Positions 8,261 through 16,700 of a stretch of DNA of 26,586 nt are shown here, piece by piece. The position numbers and the translations under genes are program-made. The stretch lies in the NCBI GenBank assembly GCA_038046645.1, contig JBBSVU010000022.1, forward strand, positions 1 to 26,586. Direction: 5' to 3'. Every line of letters begins with the position of its first letter. The first letter of the stretch is position 1. The notes under the pieces were generated by a model, which searched no databases, was not told the origin of the DNA, and was given only the letters and a program-made list of their open reading frames with translations. The DNA is from an archaeon. GTDB taxonomy: Archaea; Iainarchaeota; Iainarchaeia; Iainarchaeales; 0-14-0-20-34-12.

Positions 8261-9211
8261 ATGAAAAAAACATTTTTGCCAGAAAAATTTATTGAAAAAT
8301 ATTCTGCAATATTGGGCAAAGATTCTGAGAAATTCTTCAAAAGCTGCTGCACAAAGATTCCAAAAAGCATCTGGGCAAATTCATTAAAAATAAATCCAAA
8401 ACAATTGGAAAAAATCCTGAAAGAGAAAGGCTGGGGAGTAAAGCAATTACCCTTCCATAAGAATTCATTTTTATTAGAAGGGGTAGAAAAACCAGGAGAC
8501 AGCGAGGAATTCAGGTTGGGATTATTTAACCTTCAGGAAAAGGCTTCCATGCTTCCAGTGCTTGTTTTGGATCCGAAAGAAAATGAAAAAATCCTTGATT
8601 TTACTGCCGCCCCGGGTTCAAAAACACTGCAATTGAGCTGTATTGTGGGAAACAAAGGAAAGATACTTGCAATAGAAAAGGAATTCACAAGATACAAAAG
8701 CCTGAATTTTAATATTAATAAATTTGGGATGGAAGATGTTGAAACAAAATGCATGAATGCACTTGCATTCAGGGAATGCAATGTTTTTGATAAAGTATTA
8801 TTAGATGCGCCCTGTTCAAGTGAAGGCTTGGTAAGAAAGGAATTTGATACATTAAAACACTGGTCTTTGCATTTGGTTAAAAGAAAATCAAAATTGCAAA
8901 AAAGGCTGATTTTGAAAGCATTTGATGCACTGAAGGAGAATGGAATACTTGTTTATTCTGTCTGCTCGCTTTCCCCTGAAGAATGCGAAAATGTTGTTGA
9001 TTTCCTGCTGAAGAAAAGGCAGAATGCAAAAACAGAAAAGATAAAAATAAAGGGAATAAAATGCGGAGCAGCTATTTTAAAATATGGTGAAAAAGAATTC
9101 AACAAGGAAGCAAAAAATTGCTGCAGACTATGGCCGCATGTGAATGATACACAGGCATTTTTTATTGCTAAAATCAGGAAACTAAAACAAGAAAATGAAA
9201 ATGGTTATTAG
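8261..9211 (+). CDS. RsmB/NOP (Nol1/Nop2/Sun) RNA cytosine-C5 methyltransferase
   Basis: QEKASMLP, LDFTAAPGSKT, FDKVLLDAPCSSEG and LVYSVCSLSPEECE (both catalytic Cys motifs). Confidence 0.93.
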   Translation: MKKTFLPEKFIEKYSAILGKDSEKFFKSCCTKIPKSIWANSLKINPKQLEKILKEKGWGVKQLPFHKNSFLLEGVEKPGDSEEFRLGLFNLQEKASMLPVLVLDPKENEKILDFTAAPGSKTLQLSCIVGNKGKILAIEKEFTRYKSLNFNINKFGMEDVETKCMNALAFRECNVFDKVLLDAPCSSEGLVRKEFDTLKHWSLHLVKRKSKLQKRLILKAFDALKENGILVYSVCSLSPEECENVVDFLLKKRQNAKTEKIKIKGIKCGAAILKYGEKEFNKEAKNCCRLWPHVNDTQAFFIAKIRKLKQENENGY

Positions 9212-10002
9212 AAATTTAATGGAATTGCCTTCGGAATCTGTGTTCTTTTAAATTCGGAATTTTTAATTAAGCTAATTATTTTTTTAACTGTTTTTGGGTC
9301 AAATCCTGCTTTTATAATCTCTTTTTCAGATTTCTTTTTATCCAAATATAAATCTAAAATTTTATCCAAAATAGGATATTCTGGCAAAGTGTCTTGGTCT
9401 GTCTGGTTGTGTTTTAATTCTGCCGAAGGCTTTTTATCAAAAATCCTTTTGGGAATGATCTCTTTTTTATTTCTTTTATTTATGTATTTCGCAAGTTCAT
9501 AAACCTGCATTTTGTAAAGGTTGCCGATTGGTGCAAGAGCGCCAGTAGCATCGCCATATAGGGTAAAATATCCTGCCATAATTTCAGATTTATTCCCTGT
9601 TGCCAAAACAAGATAATTGGATTTATTGGAATATGCCATCAAAATATTTGACCTGATCCTTGATTGCAGGTTTTCCTCTGCTTTTGAGATTTCTTTTTTA
9701 TCAAGGATTTTTAATTCCCTTAAATAGGAATCAAAAAGGTTGTGTATTGGAATAATTTCATAACCTATGCCTAAATTTCTTGCTAGAATTTTTGAATCCT
9801 CAAAATTATGGGAAGCAGTAAACTTGCTTGGCATAAACAATGCAAGCACATTTTCTTGGCCAAAAGCCTCTTTCGCAATGCATGCACAAACAGCAGAGTC
9901 TATGCCGCCGGATAACCCTAAAATTGCCTTTTGGAATTTATGCTGCTTGGCATATTTCTTTAGGTATGAAACAATTTGCAGGAATGTTTTTTCTGAATCC
10001 AT
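9208..10002 (-). CDS. nadE: NH3-dependent NAD+ synthetase
   Basis: LGLSGGIDSAV, ENLQSRIR, TGNKSE, GYFTLYGD, KKPSAEL and QTDQDTL. Confidence 0.96.
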   Translation of the reverse strand: MDSEKTFLQIVSYLKKYAKQHKFQKAILGLSGGIDSAVCACIAKEAFGQENVLALFMPSKFTASHNFEDSKILARNLGIGYEIIPIHNLFDSYLRELKILDKKEISKAEENLQSRIRSNILMAYSNKSNYLVLATGNKSEIMAGYFTLYGDATGALAPIGNLYKMQVYELAKYINKRNKKEIIPKRIFDKKPSAELKHNQTDQDTLPEYPILDKILDLYLDKKKSEKEIIKAGFDPKTVKKIISLIKNSEFKRTQIPKAIPLNF

Positions 10003-10106
10003 AAAAATAAACAGCAGGAAAGGAATTAAATAAGGATTTGTAACTAAGATTTAAAATAGCTTTTTTGGCCTTTTCATAAAATCATAAACAATTAGGATCA
10101 ATTATT

Positions 10107-11393
10107 TTATGATTCAGGTTCTGCGCCATATACTTTTCTTAAAGCCTTTTGTGCTGCTTCAAGAGGTTCTGACTCAAGACCTAATGCATTCAAAAAATCT
10201 AACGCTGCATCAAAATCTGCTGGCTCAGCTTCATTTATTCTCCTTGTTATTAGTTCACAAAAATTAACAATCTCTGGGCGAAGTGCACTAACCTCTACTC
10301 CAATCTGTTCTGCAGCATTACGTCTGAATTGCATTATAAAGGCCTCACTAAGCTCTTCGAAACGCCTTTCCCTTGGAGGCATATCTCTCTCTAGCTCTCT
10401 CCTACTAGATTCATCTCTTTCTTCTGCTGCTTCTTCTCTGCCAGCACCTCTTTCTTCTCCTGCATCAAAGGAATCTCTTTCTTCTGCTTCCCTGTCAGAA
10501 CCTTCTTCTCTTTCATAAAAATCATCGGATTCACGTTCTGAACCAGCACGTCTTGAATCAGCAGGTTCTGAACCACTATGGGCTGCTGCCTCTTCTCTAT
10601 GTTTTCTTGCCTCTACTTTTCTTTCCAAGGCATCAATTGTTCGCAATAATTTAGCCCTTCTTGAATCAAGCTTTAATAATTCAGAGTTAGCCCTTTCAAC
10701 ATTAGTTTTTATTTGTGCAAGCCTTATAGCTTCTCTTTGCCTAATCCTTTGCTGGAAATAACCTGCATCTTTTATGTGCGCTTCAATCCTTTCTTTTGCC
10801 GTAGTAATTGCTGCTTCCCTTTCTGTTTTTACACGTTCTAATTTATCTGCCTTTGCTTTGGCGCCTGCAACTCTTTTCCCTCTCCAATTAGTCCTAAAAT
10901 TTTTAAGAAGCCATAAATCTTTTGCAGCATCTAACCTTCTTTGCTTATATGCATGAATAGCTTGCGCTTCTGAAAGCCTTACTTCTGCTGCAACTAATTT
11001 TGGATTTAATTTAACCTCAATTTTCTGTTGCTGGGCAGATACTTTTCTTGCAAATCTAGCAACTTTTTTTGCTGCTCTTTTAACGCCGAATTCTCTGGCA
11101 GCACTCTCAGAAGCTCTTTTAGCAATCTCAGTATCAGTGTGCTCTGCTACAAATTGCTGCAAACGCTCAATCCTTGAATTTGTTTTGCCTAAAGCCAATC
11201 TTGCAGCATTCAATCTGCCTTCTGCAGCAATATATCTTTGATAACCTAACCTAATGCCTGCCCTAACAGGCAAGCTAACTGCTTTAAAAAAACCGCCAGC
11301 TTTTCTTGCAAAAGGGGAAATCCTTTCACCCAAAGGTTTTCTTTGTGATTTCCTTGCTATCCTCCTTAGAAGATTAATTCGGATTGGCGGCAT
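10107..11393 (-). CDS. Hypothetical coiled-coil protein with a very basic N-terminal two-thirds and an acidic E/R-rich C-terminal region
   Basis: Long open frame with A/R/K-rich helices, then EREEGSDREAEERD-type low complexity. Likely start is MPPIRINLLRR at 11393. Confidence 0.75.
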   Translation of the reverse strand: MPPIRINLLRRIARKSQRKPLGERISPFARKAGGFFKAVSLPVRAGIRLGYQRYIAAEGRLNAARLALGKTNSRIERLQQFVAEHTDTEIAKRASESAAREFGVKRAAKKVARFARKVSAQQQKIEVKLNPKLVAAEVRLSEAQAIHAYKQRRLDAAKDLWLLKNFRTNWRGKRVAGAKAKADKLERVKTEREAAITTAKERIEAHIKDAGYFQQRIRQREAIRLAQIKTNVERANSELLKLDSRRAKLLRTIDALERKVEARKHREEAAAHSGSEPADSRRAGSERESDDFYEREEGSDREAEERDSFDAGEERGAGREEAAEERDESSRRELERDMPPRERRFEELSEAFIMQFRRNAAEQIGVEVSALRPEIVNFCELITRRINEAEPADFDAALDFLNALGLESEPLEAAQKALRKVYGAEPES

Positions 11394-11588
11394 AAAAATC
11401 ATTATTTGCAAAAATCATTTATTGGCAATATACTAATATATGCAAAAGGAGGTATTAAAACCTATTTATTAACTGAATAACGTTAAATAAGTTAGAATTG
11501 AAATGAATCTTTTAATATTTGGCATTTTAGAGATATTTAACATTTAGAGCTTGTTTAAATCTTAAGGTATTTGGCAGTTAGGATCAAG

Positions 11589-12887
11589 TTAAATTTTAGG
11601 ATACCTAGCTTTTGTGCCAAGGTATTCTTCTATGCGCAGAAGCTGATTATATTTACACAGGCGGTCTGTGCGGGCTGGAGCGCCAAACTTAACAAATTTG
11701 GATTGCAATCCGACAGCCAAATCAGCAATAAATGTTTCTTCTGTTTCTCCGCTTCTGTGCGAAACAATAATCTCCCATTTTGCTTTCTTTGCAAGCTCAG
11801 CTGCCTGCATTGCCTCTGTCAAAGTGCCTATTTGATTTACTTTTAAAAGCAGTGAATTGCAGGCTTTTTTAGAGATTGCTTTTTTTATCCGCAAGGGATT
11901 TGTAACGAGAAGGTCATCGCCGACAATCTGCACTTTTTTTTCAAATTCCTTAGTGAATAATGAAAAAAATTCCCAGTCCTCTTCTGAAAAAGGGTCTTCA
12001 ATTGAAATAATCGGGAATTTTGAAATCAAATCCTTGTAATAATCAACCATTTCGTTTGCAGAATATGACCTATATCCTATTTTGTATTTTTGCAAGTCTT
12101 TATTGAACAATTCTGAAGCAGCGCAATCCAATGCAAAGGCAAAATTATTTTCATAACCCAAATTATCAATTGCCTTTGAAATGAATTCCAAACGTTTTTC
12201 TGCATTAGGCAATTCCTTTGGGGCAAAACCGCCTTCATCGCCAATTAAGGCAGCTGATGGGCCAAATGATTTTTTCAATAATGCTTTTAATTCATGATAA
12301 ACCTCGGAAGAAATCCTTAATGCCTCGGAAAAAGATTTTACATTCACAGGCACAATCATGTGTTCCTGAATATCATTATCTATGCCTGCGTGCTTTCCTC
12401 CATTTATCACATTTAAAAATGGAATAGGCATATTGAAATAATTAGGCTTTTTTGCATGTTTGTTTTCTAAAGAATTGGAATAATCAAATAAATATTCAAA
12501 CAGCTGCTTGTTTTGCGAGGCAGCTGCTGCTTTTGCACATGCAAGTGAAACAGCAAGGATTGAATTTGCGCCCAAATTACTTTTATCTTTTGTGCCATCC
12601 AATCTGCGCATTAAAGAATCTATTTTTTCTTGGTTTGTGCAGCTTAATCCCTTTATTTTTGGTGTAATTATTTTTGTGATATTTGAGCAGGCTTTTTTTA
12701 CTGATTTACCGCCATATGCTTTGGAATTATCCCTTAGTTCAAAGGCTTCAAAAGAGCCTGTTGAACAACCAGAAGGAACACTTGCACTAAAAAACCCGCA
12801 TTCTGTTTTTAATTCACATTCAACTGTCGGATTGCCCCTTGAATCAAGGATTTCGCGGCCTTTTAAGGAAAGGATTTTATCACACAT
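11589..12887 (-). CDS. eno: Enolase (phosphopyruvate hydratase)
   Basis: REILDSRGNPTVE, PSGCSTG, NGGKHA, GDEGGFAP, SIEDPF, VGDDLLVTN, LLKVNQIGT and SHRSGET. The true start is probably 12887; the track extension to 12965 runs through non-coding DNA. Confidence 0.97.
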   Translation of the reverse strand: MCDKILSLKGREILDSRGNPTVECELKTECGFFSASVPSGCSTGSFEAFELRDNSKAYGGKSVKKACSNITKIITPKIKGLSCTNQEKIDSLMRRLDGTKDKSNLGANSILAVSLACAKAAAASQNKQLFEYLFDYSNSLENKHAKKPNYFNMPIPFLNVINGGKHAGIDNDIQEHMIVPVNVKSFSEALRISSEVYHELKALLKKSFGPSAALIGDEGGFAPKELPNAEKRLEFISKAIDNLGYENNFAFALDCAASELFNKDLQKYKIGYRSYSANEMVDYYKDLISKFPIISIEDPFSEEDWEFFSLFTKEFEKKVQIVGDDLLVTNPLRIKKAISKKACNSLLLKVNQIGTLTEAMQAAELAKKAKWEIIVSHRSGETEETFIADLAVGLQSKFVKFGAPARTDRLCKYNQLLRIEEYLGTKARYPKI

Positions 12888-12912
12888 TAGGCACAAGAAA
12901 GAGCAAAAAAGA

Positions 12913-12953
12913 TTTAAATAGAACGATTGTTCTGTATATAGAACGATTGTTCT
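12913..12953. promoter_or_regulatory. Shared TATA box plus two tandem palindromic operators upstream of the MNT-HEPN module
   Basis: TTTAAATA at 12913-12920, then AGAAC-GATT-GTTCT at 12920-12933 and 12940-12953 (an identical 18-mer at 20-bp period). Confidence 0.65.
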
Positions 12954-12954
12954 G

Positions 12955-13091
12955 TGACGCTCCATGGGCTGAAGCCCATGGCGTCTTTATATTAGTGGGC
13001 TTCAGGCGGAAGCCCAATACAGAAAAAAATGAAATGGGTGCGCTCCTCTCCAACCTGAAGGTTGGAGCTTCCGCGCACCCATGGAGCGTCA
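12955..13091. mobile_element. 137-bp non-autonomous hairpin element (IS200/IS605-derived MITE/PATE-like)
   Basis: GC-rich island with a perfect 14-bp terminal IR TGACGCTCCATGGG/CCCATGGAGCGTCA. Internal hairpins CCATGGGC-TGAA-GCCCATGG, TGGGCTTC..GAAGCCCA and CTCCAACCTGAAGGTTGGAG. No TSD. Confidence 0.75.
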
Positions 13092-13099
13092 GTGATAGT

Positions 13100-13648
13100 A
13101 TGTTTGAAAAATATGGGGGAGTAAAGGTATTGGGGTTTATTACAAGAAACCCATACAATGAATTCTATCTTAGGGAGATTGCAAATAAATGTTCGATGGC
13201 CCCAAGCAATGCAAAAAGAATACTTGACTATTTGTGCGAAATAAATATTGTTTCAAGTACAAAAAAGGCCAACTTAGTCATGTTTAAAGCAAATGTTAAT
13301 TCACCGCTTGTTAAACAAATAAAAATATGCTATTCTTTGAATAATATTATGGGAAGTTCATTGATTGAGAAAATTAAGGAAGAACTCTCTGCTATCTCAA
13401 TAATCTTATTTGGAAGCACAAGCAAGGGTTTGGACGATGAAAACAGTGATATAGACCTTTTGGCAATAACTAAAAATCCAAAAAAAATTGATCTAAGCCC
13501 ATATGAAGAAAAGATTGGTAAAAAAATAAACCTAATTAGTTATTCTTTTAATGAATGGCAGAAAAAAGCAAAGGAAGACAAACCTTTTTATGAGAACATA
13601 ATAATGGCTGGAATAACCTTACATGGGGAAACCCCTGTGGTTTTATGA
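13100..13648 (+). CDS. wHTH + minimal nucleotidyltransferase (MNT) antitoxin
   Basis: EFYLREIANKCSMAPSNAKRIL (HTH) and ILFGSTSKG...SDIDLLAI (GS/DxD). The true start is the ATG at 13100; the track extension to 12839 is spurious. Confidence 0.9.
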   Translation: MFEKYGGVKVLGFITRNPYNEFYLREIANKCSMAPSNAKRILDYLCEINIVSSTKKANLVMFKANVNSPLVKQIKICYSLNNIMGSSLIEKIKEELSAISIILFGSTSKGLDDENSDIDLLAITKNPKKIDLSPYEEKIGKKINLISYSFNEWQKKAKEDKPFYENIIMAGITLHGETPVVL

Positions 13649-14076
13649 ACTTTGAGGATTGTTTGGAAAAGAGATTGCTAAGGAAAGAAAAATCAGACAT
13701 TGAAAAAGCAGAACTTTCTCTGAAAATTTCAGAAGAAAGGATAATTGATGCACAAATTGCAAAGGATGCTGAATTATATTCAGCAGTTATTGTATTGGCC
13801 TATGCTGCAATGTTCCATGCTTCCAGGGCTCTTTTATTCAAAGAAGGATATGTGGAAAAAAGCCATATATGCCTGATTGAATTTGTAAGGAGATTCTATG
13901 TGGATAAAGGAATTATTGAGAAAAAGTTTATTCCCATATTAAACAATGCCAGAGAAGAAAGGCATGAAGTTTTGTATGGTTTGACCAAAAGAGAGACAAG
14001 GGAAGAAGCAGAATATATTCTCAAAGAAGCTGATGAATATCTAAAAAAAATAAATCTGATTATAAATAAAAAGTAA
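13645..14076 (+). CDS. HEPN domain toxin
   Basis: AYAAMFHASRALL, EKSH and REERHEVLYG; ATGA overlap with the MNT gene. Confidence 0.9.
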   Translation: MNFEDCLEKRLLRKEKSDIEKAELSLKISEERIIDAQIAKDAELYSAVIVLAYAAMFHASRALLFKEGYVEKSHICLIEFVRRFYVDKGIIEKKFIPILNNAREERHEVLYGLTKRETREEAEYILKEADEYLKKINLIINKK

Positions 14077-14121
14077 AAAATTAAATATAGGGCAAATTTG
14101 AGGGATTGGGGCAAATCTGAG

Positions 14122-16689
14122 CTATCCAAACAGTTCAGAGACCCAGTCTGAGAAGTCTGAAGCGCCTTGCTTCACCTTTTTCCAGGCATAGGAATATTCT
14201 TCAGAAACCTCATCTGCCTGGGATGATGCTATTGATTTTAATTTCTTCCAGGCATATTGATACTGGTCGCCAACATCATTAAAATAATCCTTGGTATAAC
14301 CATACCATTTTGAAAATACCGAGCACATGCCAGATAACTTATCAGAACAGGAAGTATAATACTCCTTTATTTTAGAACCTAGATGAGAGAATAACCCTGC
14401 TGAATCCTCTGCACTATCCGGCTCGCCATGGGATGCATTCCATTCGCTTATCCAGTCTGAGATTTTTTTGCAGGCTTCTGTCATTGTGGATGTTTTTGTA
14501 CCGGTTTTGCAGTCTTTATAATAAGCCTCAAGCCAGTTTGTTATTCCATTTACTGTTGCAGTAGCAGCAGTACTTGAAGGGCTTATTGTTAAGGCAGTAT
14601 TTGTTTTTTCAAGATAGAATAAATAATCATAGGCTTTTTCATCAACACATGCTAAGCATTGTAAAACTGAAGAACATTGCTGGCATTTTGCAGACGGTGT
14701 TGGCCCGGGTTCTGGATTTGGGATTGGCTCTGGGTTAGGCAGTATTCCGCCTCCTCCTTGTAATAATATCTTTGCAGAGATGACCCTCCAAGGGTAACCT
14801 GCCTTTCCAGGGTTTGAATAAGCAGAAGACATAATTAGCTTTATCGTTTTTGTGCTTTCGTCTACTTCACATTTAGATATTCCGCCACCACAACCCCAAT
14901 TATGGCCTGCTGCAGCTGCTACCTCTGCCACACTTATGCATTGATTTTCTAAGCCTTTTACCAATGCTTGCATATGCTTCGCAGTGCAATTGCCTTTATA
15001 TTTCTCATTTAATCCTTTTTTAATGCATCCAGAAACATTGCCTGCGATTGCTGCTTTTATATTGGTTCTTGAATCATCCCATTTGGCCCAACAACTTGTA
15101 TTACCGCATTTACAGCCAGAACAACTTCCTCCTTTATCTGGGCAGTGATATTTTATGGAAACCTGCATTAATCCGCAGGAATTCATCCCATCCCCACCTA
15201 AATTTTGATTAAATCCTGTTTCAATCCAGGCTACTGCACCCAAATAATATTCTGGCTTGTTGTAAAAAACATCATAACCGACAATATCATTTAATGCAAC
15301 ACCTTCTTCTTTCATAATATTCAAAATATACTCTCCGGTTTTCTTGTCTGTTTTTTTGCGGTAACTCGCTGCATTTGAAGCAGAATACATCCTATGGTCA
15401 TGCGAGCCGCCAAATTTCTGCTCTAAATAAGTATCCCCTACCTTGCCTTCTTGGCCTGCCTTTAATATCAATCCAACAGTTTCTGAACCCTCAAATTGCT
15501 CGCCATTAACTGCTGCTACTGAAATCACAGTATAAACATCTGGCTGACCTGCTGAAGGGAATTCGCATTGCACTGATTCAACTGTCGGCAATGCTCCTGA
15601 AGCTCCTGCTGCTGCAGCTGCTGATCCTCCAGAAGGGCTATCACCACCTGCTGTGCCTTCTACACTTGATGCAACAGCAAGGCATTTACCTGCAAAAATA
15701 TCGCCAGCATCATCATATTTATGCGAACATTTATTGCTGGAACAGTGGCTGTTTAGGAAACATTCTTCACCTTCAGCTAACTTTTTTCCACAGTTGCCTA
15801 ACATAGGGTTAGAATATTCTTTTTTTACTTTATCATATTTGGTAAAAACAGAATTTATGCAAATTCCTGAGCTACAATCACTTCCTACCCAGCATTTTTC
15901 AGCATCATTTAATTTTTTTCCACATTTACCGGCAACATAACCTGCTTGTACGCCAGCAATTGATTTAGTAGAATGATTTCCTAGGCAAACAAGGCTTTTT
16001 GATGAATCACATTCTGCATTTTTTGAACATGCACTGCCTTCACCCTTGACCGAACCAGCCTGAGCTGCATCAATCGCAGTTGCGGCTTTTTTTGCTGCTT
16101 CATCAGCTAGCACTTTTTCCAATAATGCAACATCTGAAAATCTTATTTCATTAACAATTAACTGCTTGAATCCTGCGCTTAGCGAATCCCAGGTAATATC
16201 AAATTGCTCATAACTTATGCTAGGAGTAAAACCAGAACCGTAATTAAATTTAAACTGCATATCTTTATTGGTCCAGTAATCCCACACCGTAAAACTGGAT
16301 TTATCATTCAAAATCCTAGGCATATCAAATTTTATTATCTTAACCTTTGTTGAGCCTTTTATGACATAAACATTAATCCTGTTTGACTGGGTAAGGCTGC
16401 CTAAATTTGAAGGTATGGCAATTGTTTGCGCAATATCATAGGTTTGGGAAGGGCATACAAAACTAAGGCCTGCAAAAGAGCATTTCTCAACCTTAATTTG
16501 AATATTCTCAATCAATGGCCCGCCTTTTGTCGGAGTTGGCTCTGCACTGGCTGCTGGATTTGATCCTACTGCAGCAATAGGCGCAACAGCGGTTGTTACT
16601 ACACCTAAAGCACCGCCAGAAGTAACTGCAAAAGCTGAAGAAAAAATAAGGATTAAGAAAATTAATGTAAGATATTTATGCAAAGCCAT
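14122..16689 (-). CDS. Secreted multidomain protein: Cys-rich repeats + lysozyme-like/lytic transglycosylase domain + Pro linker + Trp-rich helical tail
   Basis: Signal peptide (MALHKYLTLIFLILIFSSAFA). Three C-x5-C repeats. SLT-type motifs AVAWIETGF, GLMQVS, DSRTNI, AAGHNWG and GYPWRV. PNPEPIPNPEPGPTP linker. Confidence 0.8.
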   Translation of the reverse strand: MALHKYLTLIFLILIFSSAFAVTSGGALGVVTTAVAPIAAVGSNPAASAEPTPTKGGPLIENIQIKVEKCSFAGLSFVCPSQTYDIAQTIAIPSNLGSLTQSNRINVYVIKGSTKVKIIKFDMPRILNDKSSFTVWDYWTNKDMQFKFNYGSGFTPSISYEQFDITWDSLSAGFKQLIVNEIRFSDVALLEKVLADEAAKKAATAIDAAQAGSVKGEGSACSKNAECDSSKSLVCLGNHSTKSIAGVQAGYVAGKCGKKLNDAEKCWVGSDCSSGICINSVFTKYDKVKKEYSNPMLGNCGKKLAEGEECFLNSHCSSNKCSHKYDDAGDIFAGKCLAVASSVEGTAGGDSPSGGSAAAAAGASGALPTVESVQCEFPSAGQPDVYTVISVAAVNGEQFEGSETVGLILKAGQEGKVGDTYLEQKFGGSHDHRMYSASNAASYRKKTDKKTGEYILNIMKEEGVALNDIVGYDVFYNKPEYYLGAVAWIETGFNQNLGGDGMNSCGLMQVSIKYHCPDKGGSCSGCKCGNTSCWAKWDDSRTNIKAAIAGNVSGCIKKGLNEKYKGNCTAKHMQALVKGLENQCISVAEVAAAAGHNWGCGGGISKCEVDESTKTIKLIMSSAYSNPGKAGYPWRVISAKILLQGGGGILPNPEPIPNPEPGPTPSAKCQQCSSVLQCLACVDEKAYDYLFYLEKTNTALTISPSSTAATATVNGITNWLEAYYKDCKTGTKTSTMTEACKKISDWISEWNASHGEPDSAEDSAGLFSHLGSKIKEYYTSCSDKLSGMCSVFSKWYGYTKDYFNDVGDQYQYAWKKLKSIASSQADEVSEEYSYAWKKVKQGASDFSDWVSELFG

Positions 16690-16700
16690 AATCTCAACCG

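Noticed and set aside
12918..12955. Direct repeats as a CRISPR array
   Set aside because: Only two 18-bp copies with a 2-nt spacer and no cas genes; better explained as operators.
12839..13099. N-terminal extensions of the MNT ORF (from 12839) and enolase ORF (to 12965), and ORF 12880-13158
   Set aside because: They overlap each other and run through the promoter repeats and the hairpin element. Family similarity begins at 13100 and 12887.
14090..14121. Short direct repeat GGGCAAAT(T/C)TGAG between convergent genes
   Set aside because: Two 13-bp copies only, with no supporting context.
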